Shown: positions 45,647 to 56,001 of the stretch, one piece after another
Layout of the letters: each line of letters begins with the position of its first letter
Position numbering within the stretch: the first letter of the stretch is position 1
Source of the DNA: a virus
Taxonomy: Duplodnaviria; Caudoviricetes
Reading direction: 5' to 3' (one strand)
DNA: 64,000 bases
Virus record (IMG/VR): IMGVR_UViG_3300035208_002098
Location: 160,001 to 224,000 of that record
Position numbers and translations under genes: made by a program
Notes under the pieces: generated by a model
Told to the model about the DNA's origin: nothing
Database searches by the model: none
Seen by the model: the letters and a program-made list of their open reading frames with translations, nothing else

Positions 45647-46561
45647 TTAAACATTTGATATATCGTTAAATTGTTTTGTAAAATCTATACTTGCTCTTTC
45701 TTCTCTAACCTCAAATAATGGTTTACCACTATATTGGTCTTTAATTTCATAAAGATTCCATTGTTTATAAATTTCTTCATTAAAATTATAAACTGTGTAA
45801 ACACCATCTTCAAGTGATTTAGTTTGAGGTCCTAATATACCATATGCTAATGTTTCAATATCATGTTCAACCATTTCTATTTCAATCATTATCGGATTGA
45901 AGAAAGTATTGGTAATTATAATTTCTTGATTTGTTTCACCTATATACGGTACGGCATTTGGTTTTACATTTGGTGCCGAACTTGGTGATACACTAAGAAA
46001 CGTTAAATTAGAGTTATCATTAAATCTATAACGTAAAGCTTTTTGATTCGAATTACTTAAATTCGAATTTACTGGCTCAACTTTATTATTAGATGTTATA
46101 ATTCTGAAAAAATTTCTTATTTTACGTTCAGTTGCTGACGGGTCAGTACTAAGATATTCTATTCTATAACCAGTTAACCCACCATTTTCAAATAAACTAC
46201 TAAATGTACTAGGTACTGTAGACATATCTAATACTAAACCTTTAACATTTGGATATGCTGATAATACACCACAATCAGTGATAGTTGTTCTAATTTCAAT
46301 AGGTTTAATTATTATAGTGTAAATACCCTTTTCACCAAAATCTTTTGTTAATAATTTTAATGTATATAAACCACCAAATATTTCATTAGTACCACTCGTT
46401 TTATTTGGATTTTCCATTTTTATTAATACCTCACTAGGTACTAATTTTATTAATTCAGTATTACCTATTACACCTCTAGAAGGTGTGTAATGCATAAATA
46501 TCTCACAATCGTTAGGTGAAATATCTGCTGGTCTTATATTACCGTATGTTCCATTTGCCAT
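45647..46561 (-). CDS. Putative virion structural protein
   Basis: 304 aa in the baseplate block. Confidence 0.6.
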   Translation of the reverse strand: MANGTYGNIRPADISPNDCEIFMHYTPSRGVIGNTELIKLVPSEVLIKMENPNKTSGTNEIFGGLYTLKLLTKDFGEKGIYTIIIKPIEIRTTITDCGVLSAYPNVKGLVLDMSTVPSTFSSLFENGGLTGYRIEYLSTDPSATERKIRNFFRIITSNNKVEPVNSNLSNSNQKALRYRFNDNSNLTFLSVSPSSAPNVKPNAVPYIGETNQEIIITNTFFNPIMIEIEMVEHDIETLAYGILGPQTKSLEDGVYTVYNFNEEIYKQWNLYEIKDQYSGKPLFEVREERASIDFTKQFNDISNV

Positions 46562-46562
46562 A

Positions 46563-47390
46563 TTATATTATATTATTTAATGTTATCGAACAGTTACACC
46601 TTTTAGATAAATTATCTTCCCAAGGTATGAATTCTAAATTAGTTATATTACCTATAATTTCAGGTTTAATACCTTGTTTAAAACCTTCATTTATTGAAAA
46701 TTTATGGTCTAAATGATAAGCACCTTCTTTACCACTTACACCTCTTTTATTATAATTATCCAATAATTTAATTACTTGTTTATTAGTTATATATAACACC
46801 TCTCGCTTATATTTATTATATTCGGGTAGTAATTCAAGATATTTATCATATGAAATACCTTTATATCTTTTAATTAACCCAACACTAACACCTTTACTTT
46901 TATCACGTCTATACCCAGATAAACCTATGTATTTACTTACATATGATTCAGTTAAATTTAATTTTTGAGATATTTGTAAATAATTATTATATTCTTCTTT
47001 ATATAAATATTCAATCATTTCTTTCTGGTCTTCAGATAATATTACTTTTTTACCATTACTATTTGAATTAATATTAACACCATTAGATTTTAATAATCTA
47101 ACTATTGATGGTCTACTACTACTATATAACTCAGATATTTTAGTACATGATAGACCTTCATCTAAAAATAATTTTTTAATTTTATTAATGTCAGAATCAG
47201 ATAATTCAATTTTAATATTATCTCGGTCATTAACAAAAATATTATTCTCTATTAATATTATTTTAATACTGTTTTTACTCCTTTTCAACACAACACCTAT
47301 TTTAGTAATTGACATACCTGATTCGTATAAAGAAATTATTTCATTAATTTCCTCATCATTATATTTTTTCATGGTGTGTTGATTACTCAT
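46563..47390 (-). CDS. HNH homing endonuclease with N-terminal HTH repeats
   Basis: YHLDHKFS..NLEFIPWEDNLSK; three HTH-like units. Confidence 0.8.
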   Translation of the reverse strand: MSNQHTMKKYNDEEINEIISLYESGMSITKIGVVLKRSKNSIKIILIENNIFVNDRDNIKIELSDSDINKIKKLFLDEGLSCTKISELYSSSRPSIVRLLKSNGVNINSNSNGKKVILSEDQKEMIEYLYKEEYNNYLQISQKLNLTESYVSKYIGLSGYRRDKSKGVSVGLIKRYKGISYDKYLELLPEYNKYKREVLYITNKQVIKLLDNYNKRGVSGKEGAYHLDHKFSINEGFKQGIKPEIIGNITNLEFIPWEDNLSKRCNCSITLNNII

Positions 47391-47393
47391 TTA

Positions 47394-47597
47394 TTATTTA
47401 TTTTCAGTTATATATTTTTCTACTTTATTAATATCTAATACCATTAAATATTGTTTGTAAATTCTATTTAGTGAATTTAAAGAATTAGTTATATCTTTAT
47501 TTTCATTAATTTTTCGATTAATAATTTTAAGTTTAAATTCAACTTTATTCTTAAAATATTTAACGTTTTCATTTGTACTTAATGTTGCACCCATCAT
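47394..47597 (-). CDS. Hypothetical protein
   Basis: 67-aa ORF filling the gap exactly. Confidence 0.5.
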   Translation of the reverse strand: MMGATLSTNENVKYFKNKVEFKLKIINRKINENKDITNSLNSLNRIYKQYLMVLDINKVEKYITENK

Positions 47598-47598
47598 T

Positions 47599-48405
47599 TT
47601 ATTTAATTAATTTATAATATCCATTACCATATATTTCAAGGTGGTCAATACTTTCAATTTCAGATAACTTTAAATGCGGTTCTAAAACTGAAGTATTTCC
47701 TCTTTCTATAAATACATCACTTTTTACTTCTGGTGGAGAAATTATACCTAAATATATTTCTTCTTTAGTTAAAGCCGATAAACTTATATTTGTTTCGTTC
47801 CAGCCTTCACTTTTAATTTTAAATGTTGATAGCGGAATCCTTACACTACCATTAATAACATCTTGTTTCCTAACAATTCTTATAGAATTATAATCATTAT
47901 ATAATATACCACCATTCTGATTTTCAGTTCCAAGATATGTATCATTATTACCATCTACTGTATAACCAGTTGGACCAATTAAACTTGTTATTTTACTAAT
48001 ACCATCAATAGTTTCACCTTTATAATTTATATATTCACCACTATTAGGAATAAATGATGTATTATATGGGGTAATTCTATTATATGATTGATATGATGTA
48101 ATTTTAGAATCAGTATAACCAGTAATTACTGGATTAATAGTACTAAAATAATCTTCAACAGTTAATGGTATATCAGTTGAAACTGATGTTGTAGCACTAA
48201 ATGTTGCATTAATAGTATCGATTTCATAATTATACATAACACCGTTTAATGGGGTATAATCCGCATCAGTAAACATACCCATATCATCCATATTTTGTGT
48301 AATCATAAGATTGACATATATAGTTGATGCCATGGTACCATAATTAACACCCGGTTGTCTACTAATTAAATCCTCGATTAATATTTTTCTTCTAATTAAT
48401 TCCAT
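47599..48405 (-). CDS. Putative virion structural protein
   Basis: 268 aa in the baseplate block. Confidence 0.6.
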   Translation of the reverse strand: MELIRRKILIEDLISRQPGVNYGTMASTIYVNLMITQNMDDMGMFTDADYTPLNGVMYNYEIDTINATFSATTSVSTDIPLTVEDYFSTINPVITGYTDSKITSYQSYNRITPYNTSFIPNSGEYINYKGETIDGISKITSLIGPTGYTVDGNNDTYLGTENQNGGILYNDYNSIRIVRKQDVINGSVRIPLSTFKIKSEGWNETNISLSALTKEEIYLGIISPPEVKSDVFIERGNTSVLEPHLKLSEIESIDHLEIYGNGYYKLIK

Positions 48406-49190
48406 TAAAGTACTTTAATTTCATATAAATTTATTGTTGCTGAATCATTATCTAATATTATATTATTAACATCATCTAATTGATAATAATATTTACCATT
48501 AATGTCAATCTTTAACGTGTATTTAATATGTAATTTATTAACTAAATTATCAATCGTTTGAGGTGTATTGCTAATCATTAAATTATAAGTTTTTCCATCT
48601 TTTGCATTGTTAAAACTACATTTCATATAAATTTCTTTTGGTGTATTATATGAGATATCTTCTTTATAATCATATATATAATAACCTTCTGTAACACCAC
48701 TTGGTATTGAAATTGGGTCATCTAATTTAAATTCTAATGGTATAATACTAACATCTTTTAATTTATTCGCTGTTGTGTACATATCATTTAAAACTCGACA
48801 ATATAATGTTGAAGAAAATAAATAATTTTGGCTCGTTAATATAGGACTATCATAAAAATCTAATTTTAAAAAAGATTTTTTCAAAACATTTCTCCTATAA
48901 TAAAAATCATCGTTTTCAAACCAAGCGTTATCATAATTACCACCATTATTCAATATAATCTTATAGATAATAGTTATTAATTCATTATTATTAAAATCTA
49001 CTGGTGAAAATCTAACCATCTCATAATCTATTATTGGATTTATTGATTTAGTCATTTCAATATCAACAAAAGTCGTTTCAATTAGTTCAGATTGGTCAAT
49101 AGGGTATGCTTCTAAATTAATAGGAATATTAATAGTGCTAGCACTTGTTGAATCATTCAACTTAAAAGTATATCTATGAACAATATCCAT
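48405..49190 (-). CDS. Putative virion structural protein
   Basis: 261 aa in the baseplate block. Confidence 0.6.
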   Translation of the reverse strand: MDIVHRYTFKLNDSTSASTINIPINLEAYPIDQSELIETTFVDIEMTKSINPIIDYEMVRFSPVDFNNNELITIIYKIILNNGGNYDNAWFENDDFYYRRNVLKKSFLKLDFYDSPILTSQNYLFSSTLYCRVLNDMYTTANKLKDVSIIPLEFKLDDPISIPSGVTEGYYIYDYKEDISYNTPKEIYMKCSFNNAKDGKTYNLMISNTPQTIDNLVNKLHIKYTLKIDINGKYYYQLDDVNNIILDNDSATINLYEIKVL

Positions 49191-50784
49191 CCACGTTTTT
49201 TTTAATTGTATTATTGTCTAAATTTATTTTATTACCAAAAATATCTGTTGGTTCTATTGTTTTATATAAACCATATATATTAAAAGGGTCTTGTCTCCTT
49301 AATTTTAAAATCACATTACTATATGGGTAATGCGAACCATTTAGAAATGGATAATCTAAAATTTTAGATTGACCATCGTTCATACCAATATCTAACAAAT
49401 CTCTCCATAAATATCTGTTACCATCTATTTTTTCAGCATAATCAGGTATACCAATAGTATTATTATCACCTTCTTCAACAAATGTTGACCAATACCTTAA
49501 TTCTATCTTATGATGAGGTTTATAATAATAACCTTCAGCATGTTTCATTACGTCTCTATTAACTCTATTAAATCTATGTCTAACTTCACCTAATAACACT
49601 TCAGATACATTTAATTTATTATATTCAACGACATCACCATAAAAAACATTATCATTACTTAAAACATTGTTTTCAATACTATCATTACTTATAGTAGTAA
49701 TATTACTATTATGAATTCTATTAATATCTGGTATATCTAATGGAACTGTATTAAAAAATGGGATTTCAATACCTGAATCAATATTACTAAAACCATTATT
49801 ATTTTCTTTTATTATTGTTAAATAAACCTCAGATATTGGCCGTCCTAAATTATCTTTATAAATTGATGTATCAATATCTTTATTAAAAACTACCTGACAT
49901 AAATTATCACTAAATAAATTTTTACTAAATGCTATCGGATAAACTTCATAATCATCCTGACCACTTAATTTTTCAAATACCCTAAAATAATATTCAGATT
50001 CTTGTCCATTATATACTCTTTTCATTCTAGAATTAATACCAACAATATTTGATGGTGATGGTAATTCTATAATAAACACATAATCTTGATTATCACCATT
50101 ATCTTCACCTGTCCTTAACACGTTATAGTTATTATTATCGATATTAACAACATCACCTTTATTTAAACCATGTTTTACTGGTGTGGTTAAAGAAATGTAT
50201 TCTTTAGACCCAATATTACCAACATTTTTGTTTATAATTAATAAACCACCATTAACTAGTGTATGTGTTTTATCAGTTGTTGATGGATACGTTAAAAACA
50301 TATTCCAGTTTTTAATTTTATTCTTCGGTGCAAAATTAAAAACTTCCCTTTTAGGATATAAATCTATAAATTTACATGTGTTATTAGTTACCCAAGCTGG
50401 GTTAGTATAACCTATCCAACCATTTGAATCAATTCTATAATTTTTAATACAATCAACTGAATTATTAAATAATGTGTTACCATCACCATCAACCATGAAA
50501 GTATTACCACTTAAATACCATAACGTATCAGTATTATTAATACCATTATTATTAATATCAGTTAACACATTTGTTAATAAGCCGTTTAATGAAATTATAA
50601 ATCTATAATTGGTTGATGAATTTCTCTCTTTATTAAATTGTTCACTAACATCCAAAATTCTATTCATATCACCAGATGGTAATAGTCGATTATTTTGTGT
50701 TATATTTACACCAATACCAGTATCTGTATTAACAGATGATTTAGATAATTCTTTACCTAATCTATGTTTTATTCTATCACTCAT
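49174..50784 (-). CDS. Putative virion structural protein
   Basis: Likely start MSDRIK at 50784. Confidence 0.6.
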   Translation of the reverse strand: MSDRIKHRLGKELSKSSVNTDTGIGVNITQNNRLLPSGDMNRILDVSEQFNKERNSSTNYRFIISLNGLLTNVLTDINNNGINNTDTLWYLSGNTFMVDGDGNTLFNNSVDCIKNYRIDSNGWIGYTNPAWVTNNTCKFIDLYPKREVFNFAPKNKIKNWNMFLTYPSTTDKTHTLVNGGLLIINKNVGNIGSKEYISLTTPVKHGLNKGDVVNIDNNNYNVLRTGEDNGDNQDYVFIIELPSPSNIVGINSRMKRVYNGQESEYYFRVFEKLSGQDDYEVYPIAFSKNLFSDNLCQVVFNKDIDTSIYKDNLGRPISEVYLTIIKENNNGFSNIDSGIEIPFFNTVPLDIPDINRIHNSNITTISNDSIENNVLSNDNVFYGDVVEYNKLNVSEVLLGEVRHRFNRVNRDVMKHAEGYYYKPHHKIELRYWSTFVEEGDNNTIGIPDYAEKIDGNRYLWRDLLDIGMNDGQSKILDYPFLNGSHYPYSNVILKLRRQDPFNIYGLYKTIEPTDIFGNKINLDNNTIKKNVDGYCS

Positions 50785-50785
50785 A

Positions 50786-53293
50786 TTATTTACAGTTAGT
50801 GAAAAATTTAGAATTAGCTTTATCAATTGCTGACTTACCCGGTATAATACCAAAATAAAAGAATAATGAGCCACCTCTCGGTATATTTAATGTACCTCTC
50901 AAATCTCTATATAAATTATAACCGCTATTTATATCATTGTATCCAGTATGTTTATAATAATAACCACTATTATCATAAAAATTATCCGTTTTACTTGTAA
51001 AATCATTCATGGTTAATCCCGGAGTATTCATACAAATAATTTGTTTTCTTAATGTTGTATCATTTATATTATCATTATCAATTAATGATTTACTATTATT
51101 ACCTAAATCAATACCTAATTCACAACAAGTATTAATATTGAATCTATTATTATTACTAACATCAAATCTAATACAACTTATATTATCAAAAAATAATGGT
51201 ACCATTGTTTGCTCATCAGTAGCATCAGTAGCATCATTAATATATTCTGGTAGTTGGTAAGTTGTTGGTATTAATGATTTATATATATTTGGTATACCAT
51301 CAGCATCACATTCTTTTATACTACCTAATAATAAAATATCTGTTGGGTACAATAGCCCATTATCATATAACGATGGGTAATACAACTCATCATTATATTT
51401 TTTAATAATACCATTATTTAAAGGTAGTGAACCATCATCATTATGTTCGTCAATACAAGTGTCTAGAATATATGCATTATTACAGTCAATATCTGGATTT
51501 GTCGCACAATCATAATCACAAAACTTTTCCTTTTCATTTTTTTTATGCTTATATTTTAATAAAGGAAAATATAACGAACCATTAATCCAATCATTATAAA
51601 AATCAAATTCAAATATATTTAAATAATCACCTAAAATTAATTTTAAACTATTTTTTAAATTTTCTTTGTCGTTAGGACTACCATCACAACCCGGTTTATA
51701 TAATACAGTATCTATAGTTATTGGTATACATTCAATTGTATTTACACTAAAATCTTTTGGTCCATCCCCACCAAATAATGAGGAAATTGCACCAATAATT
51801 TTATTAATAACATGTATTATATCGTTTATAGCACCAATAATTTTATTCATAGCCCAAATTATTGTACTATTTATTATAGCTATTGTATCAATTAATATTG
51901 TTATCATTGTACATATAACCATGAATAATGGGTTTATATCAGTATCAATTCTATTATATGGAAAAGGTGTGTGGCTACCACAATCATCAACATTTTTAAT
52001 ACCAACGAAATTTCTATTATTTTTATTATTATTATTAGGTTGATACCTAGTTATAAGGTTTTTAACAGTATATAATTTATTCCATTTTAATTCAACAAAA
52101 CTTTTATCATTAATTGTTGTTTCATCAAATGTATAATCAACGTCATTTATATTACTTGGGTTATTTGGTATTAAATAAGCTGCTCTAGTTCTTAATCTAC
52201 CTTCATCACCCGTTACATCCATACTTACCCTAAATCTAACTTCAGCTCTAGTTGGAACACCTTTATTAGGGTCTTCAGAAATAACTAAGTTACCAAATTC
52301 ATCAGTAATCATATAATCTAAATTCATAGGTATTTGATAACTCCATGTACCATCATCATCTATTACACGTCCACCTTCAACATCAAATCTTTCAACTTCA
52401 TTATCTATTGTTCTACGAATCATCTCAATTGTACCTTCACTAGTTACAGTTTCACATAAATCACCACTTTTTTTACGTGGTCTACAGTTTTTATTTATAC
52501 TATGTTTATCGTTATCACTAAATAAACTACCTATGAATATTGCGGAAGGTTGAAAAAAATAAGGTATATTAAAATCAACTCTAGATATCCCAACTTCACA
52601 ACTATCAACATCACCCCAAAATGGTTGAACATTGACACCTATATTAGATGATTTAACTTGAGTTAAAGAGTCTAAATTATTACCACTTTTAAATTTAGTT
52701 GGTGATTCAAATTGTTTTAATGTTGAACCTTGTCTAGTCATATCATAAGGCCTTTGTGTCAATAAACCTAAATCGGATAAGTCACAATCCATATGTAATA
52801 TTTGTTGACCGGTTGGTACACCAAATATCATATAATCACCAGAATTATTAGTTGTTGTTGTAAATTTATAATATTTTTCGAAAATTTCTAATAATATATC
52901 ATTATCTAGAATTTCTCGTTTAGTTGGCATGGTTCCAACTGGTACATGACATTCGTTCTGAGGTTCATTGGTTAATAAATTATATCTAACACCATTACTG
53001 TTTTTATCAGTAACAAATTCATATGGATATAAACCAATTATTTCTTGATTTTCTTTATCATCATCACTAATAGGTATAAAAACAGATATTTTAGCATTTG
53101 GTACACCAAATCCATTATTAGCTATTACTCTACCAGTAATAACACCATAATCAGCACAAAATTTACGATACACTTCATCCTGTGATATTTTTAATGATAA
53201 AATTTCAATAAAATCAAAATCTTGTTCAAGTTTAACTTTAATAAATTTATCACCACCACCGGGTGTTGTTCGTATTCTTATATTTTTATCCAT
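50786..53293 (-). CDS. Putative baseplate protein with internal hydrophobic helices
   Basis: 835 aa; N-terminal GRVIANNGFGVPNAKISVF beta-sandwich-like region. Confidence 0.6.
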   Translation of the reverse strand: MDKNIRIRTTPGGGDKFIKVKLEQDFDFIEILSLKISQDEVYRKFCADYGVITGRVIANNGFGVPNAKISVFIPISDDDKENQEIIGLYPYEFVTDKNSNGVRYNLLTNEPQNECHVPVGTMPTKREILDNDILLEIFEKYYKFTTTTNNSGDYMIFGVPTGQQILHMDCDLSDLGLLTQRPYDMTRQGSTLKQFESPTKFKSGNNLDSLTQVKSSNIGVNVQPFWGDVDSCEVGISRVDFNIPYFFQPSAIFIGSLFSDNDKHSINKNCRPRKKSGDLCETVTSEGTIEMIRRTIDNEVERFDVEGGRVIDDDGTWSYQIPMNLDYMITDEFGNLVISEDPNKGVPTRAEVRFRVSMDVTGDEGRLRTRAAYLIPNNPSNINDVDYTFDETTINDKSFVELKWNKLYTVKNLITRYQPNNNNKNNRNFVGIKNVDDCGSHTPFPYNRIDTDINPLFMVICTMITILIDTIAIINSTIIWAMNKIIGAINDIIHVINKIIGAISSLFGGDGPKDFSVNTIECIPITIDTVLYKPGCDGSPNDKENLKNSLKLILGDYLNIFEFDFYNDWINGSLYFPLLKYKHKKNEKEKFCDYDCATNPDIDCNNAYILDTCIDEHNDDGSLPLNNGIIKKYNDELYYPSLYDNGLLYPTDILLLGSIKECDADGIPNIYKSLIPTTYQLPEYINDATDATDEQTMVPLFFDNISCIRFDVSNNNRFNINTCCELGIDLGNNSKSLIDNDNINDTTLRKQIICMNTPGLTMNDFTSKTDNFYDNSGYYYKHTGYNDINSGYNLYRDLRGTLNIPRGGSLFFYFGIIPGKSAIDKANSKFFTNCK

Positions 53294-53299
53294 ATTATT

Positions 53300-53611
53300 T
53301 TATTTTACAACCTCAACACCAATTAATTCATAATCTTCATTGTTTATTGGTTCTTGGTCATCAATCTCAACTTTTTTTATATTTTTATCTTTTATTTTTT
53401 TTATTATACTTAATAAATCTAATGCATCATTACCACTAGTAAAATAATGTTTAAATATAACCACTACTATTACTGGATATAATATAAAACTCATCGCTAT
53501 AGTAACTAAAAATAATAATATCTTTATTAATATATTACGACCATTTCTTTTTTCCGTTAATTCACCAGTTATATCATCATTAACTATCTTTTTTTTACAA
53601 TTACATCCCAT
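53300..53611 (-). CDS. Small membrane protein with MGCNCK N-terminus
   Basis: One long hydrophobic segment. Confidence 0.7.
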   Translation of the reverse strand: MGCNCKKKIVNDDITGELTEKRNGRNILIKILLFLVTIAMSFILYPVIVVVIFKHYFTSGNDALDLLSIIKKIKDKNIKKVEIDDQEPINNEDYELIGVEVVK

Positions 53612-53664
53612 ACTATTAATTTTATACTAAAATATACACTTTTTAAATTAAAAGGAAATTATAA

Positions 53665-55485
53665 TTATGATTTAACCCTAATTTTTATATCTGTTTCAGG
53701 TATTTTAATTTCGAACATTGAAATTGGGTCACCGAATAAAGTATATTCACCTAATAAATCTATTTGTTTTGTATCTTCATCAACATATGGTTGTGCTATT
53801 TCATTTATAGAATAGTTTGCACCACCAACTTTATTATACACACGTAAATCGATTACATTCAATACACCACCAACATTATTAATATCTTCAATTAATTGAC
53901 TTAAATAAATATTCTGACCCATTTCGTGGTCATTGATATCCATATACGTTTTTATTTTATTAATAACTTCAGAAATTATTTGAGATTGTTGAAACTCCTT
54001 TTGTATAAATAAATCCACTTCAAAACCTAAATTTATTATTTTACCATTAGATATTTCAACATAATCATTAAGCATTCTATAATCGTTTAAATATTCGGCT
54101 ATATTATCTCTTAAAGTATTTGTAGATATATTTGTTAATTTAGTGCTAGCATCTAATGCTAATATAGCAACCTTTATTTTATTTTGTTCCTCGTACACAC
54201 CACATCTAAATGGGACACCAAATTTACCCGGCATTAAAGCAATTCTAGATTGATAATCTTTAATAGTAACAGCTCTATTTTGTGCCGCAAAATTATATCT
54301 AACTAAATTTCTAATTTCTTCAACAGATGGTTCGTCTCTACCACCTAAACAAGGTATTGGATTGTTTACTGTTAATGAGTTTTTAACAGCTGTATTTATT
54401 GTTTGAGATGGTCCATTAATTACCATATCAATAATACCAACTGATTTTAATGTATTAGGCCCTAGATTTGTATTACTACCACCACCAGTTCTATATTGTA
54501 TAAACATAGTTTGATTTGGTGAAACTGTTATACCTAATGATAAATTATTAATGAAATCACCTATTTTATCAATTAAACTACCATTAACACCAAATTGTGT
54601 AATAGAGTCAATATCTTGTGTACCACCACCAAAAATTAATTTTGTAAACCCTTTATCTGTTTTTTCAGTTATGAAACGTTTCATAACTTTTAAGTATTTA
54701 CCTGTTTTAATACCAGCATTGTCACTATTTTTAGTCTTATCCTCAACAAATATTTTATCCTCAGCTAAAGCATCAACTTCATACCATCTAAGATTTTCAT
54801 CTAGAAATTGTGATATACTTGGTGTTTTAGTATAATCAGTACCCTCTAAATTTATCACGTAATCAACTGATAATACATCGTTATCTGGTAATAAAACTTC
54901 TAAAAATGGTTTCACATCTTCAGATTTTAATATACGTTTATATACTTTAGTTACACCATTCAATACAATTTCTCGTTTTGTTATAGTATAATTTTGGATA
55001 GTACCATTACTATCAACATTTGGTATTATTAACCTATTTGGTAACCCACCAGTAGTAAATGGTGATGAAAAATCAATATCATCAATTGTTTCAAATACTT
55101 TACCGGCTCCAATTGCTTGTGCACCTTGTCTAATAACAGGTGCATATGATAAATCAAAGGTATCACCATATACAGGAACTTTAACTGACCAATCAACTAT
55201 ACTAATAGAAGGTCGTTTACCCGGAACTTTTAATCCAAATGTTCTAGCCATAGCAAGAACTGATTTTTTCTCTTGAGCGTAATCTATTTGAGTTTCTTGA
55301 AACATCCTATCTGTATGAAAACTTAACACATCAGCTACAGCGGCATTAAGTTCTATCATCATCATACCAACAGATGCATCATTAAAATCTGATAATATAT
55401 CTGGATAATATTGTTGAATAAATCCAATTAATTCTGTACGTATCTCAGCGAAATTTCGTGAATTGTAGTTAATTTTTCTAGGCAT
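53665..55485 (-). CDS. Baseplate wedge subunit (T4 gp6-like)
   Basis: YRTGGG, GGRDEPSVEEIR, AQNRAVTIKDY. Confidence 0.88.
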   Translation of the reverse strand: MPRKINYNSRNFAEIRTELIGFIQQYYPDILSDFNDASVGMMMIELNAAVADVLSFHTDRMFQETQIDYAQEKKSVLAMARTFGLKVPGKRPSISIVDWSVKVPVYGDTFDLSYAPVIRQGAQAIGAGKVFETIDDIDFSSPFTTGGLPNRLIIPNVDSNGTIQNYTITKREIVLNGVTKVYKRILKSEDVKPFLEVLLPDNDVLSVDYVINLEGTDYTKTPSISQFLDENLRWYEVDALAEDKIFVEDKTKNSDNAGIKTGKYLKVMKRFITEKTDKGFTKLIFGGGTQDIDSITQFGVNGSLIDKIGDFINNLSLGITVSPNQTMFIQYRTGGGSNTNLGPNTLKSVGIIDMVINGPSQTINTAVKNSLTVNNPIPCLGGRDEPSVEEIRNLVRYNFAAQNRAVTIKDYQSRIALMPGKFGVPFRCGVYEEQNKIKVAILALDASTKLTNISTNTLRDNIAEYLNDYRMLNDYVEISNGKIINLGFEVDLFIQKEFQQSQIISEVINKIKTYMDINDHEMGQNIYLSQLIEDINNVGGVLNVIDLRVYNKVGGANYSINEIAQPYVDEDTKQIDLLGEYTLFGDPISMFEIKIPETDIKIRVKS

Positions 55486-55491
55486 AATATT

Positions 55492-55875
55492 TTATATATT
55501 TATAATTACAAAATCTGATGTATTAAATACATCTTCTGTTATTGTATAATCTATTCTAACAATAGCGGTATACTCGTTATCAGTATCTTTATCGATAGTT
55601 ACATCATTAACTACCAAATTAGGTAAATAAGTTTTAACTACAGTGGTTATTTCTTCTTTAATTCCAACCTCAGTATACCCATCAAGTGGTTCGAAAATAT
55701 ATTTAAGTAAATTGGTACCAAAATTAGGCATGTAAAATCTTTCACCTTTTGTGGTTAAAATTAAATGCATTAAATCAGATTTAATAGCTTCTTTATCAGT
55801 TTCAGTCAATTCAAGAAAGAAACCTTTTTTACTATTAACAAATGGAAATTGGATATTTATGTATTTTTTAGCCAT
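55492..55875 (-). CDS. Baseplate protein, gp25/GPW family
   Basis: LILTTKGERFYMPNFGTNLLKYIFEP. Confidence 0.92.
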   Translation of the reverse strand: MAKKYINIQFPFVNSKKGFFLELTETDKEAIKSDLMHLILTTKGERFYMPNFGTNLLKYIFEPLDGYTEVGIKEEITTVVKTYLPNLVVNDVTIDKDTDNEYTAIVRIDYTITEDVFNTSDFVIINI

Positions 55876-55939
55876 TATAATTCTTTATTACATAAATATA
55901 ATAATAAATTATTTTAAAAAATAAATAGTGATAAAAAAC

Positions 55940-55972
55940 AAAAAAAGCGTCAAGATTTCTCTAAACGCTTTT
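55940..55972 (-). terminator. Probable terminator after nrdJ
   Basis: AAAAGCGT...ACGCTTTT with T tract. Confidence 0.65.
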
Positions 55973-56001
55973 ATATTGTTAAATAATTATGTTTTTAATA
56001 T

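Noticed and set aside
44473-47597. 5'-end duplications around the two endonucleases in the structural block
   Set aside because: No convincing repeat of the downstream gene starts; they look like ordinary intergenic insertions
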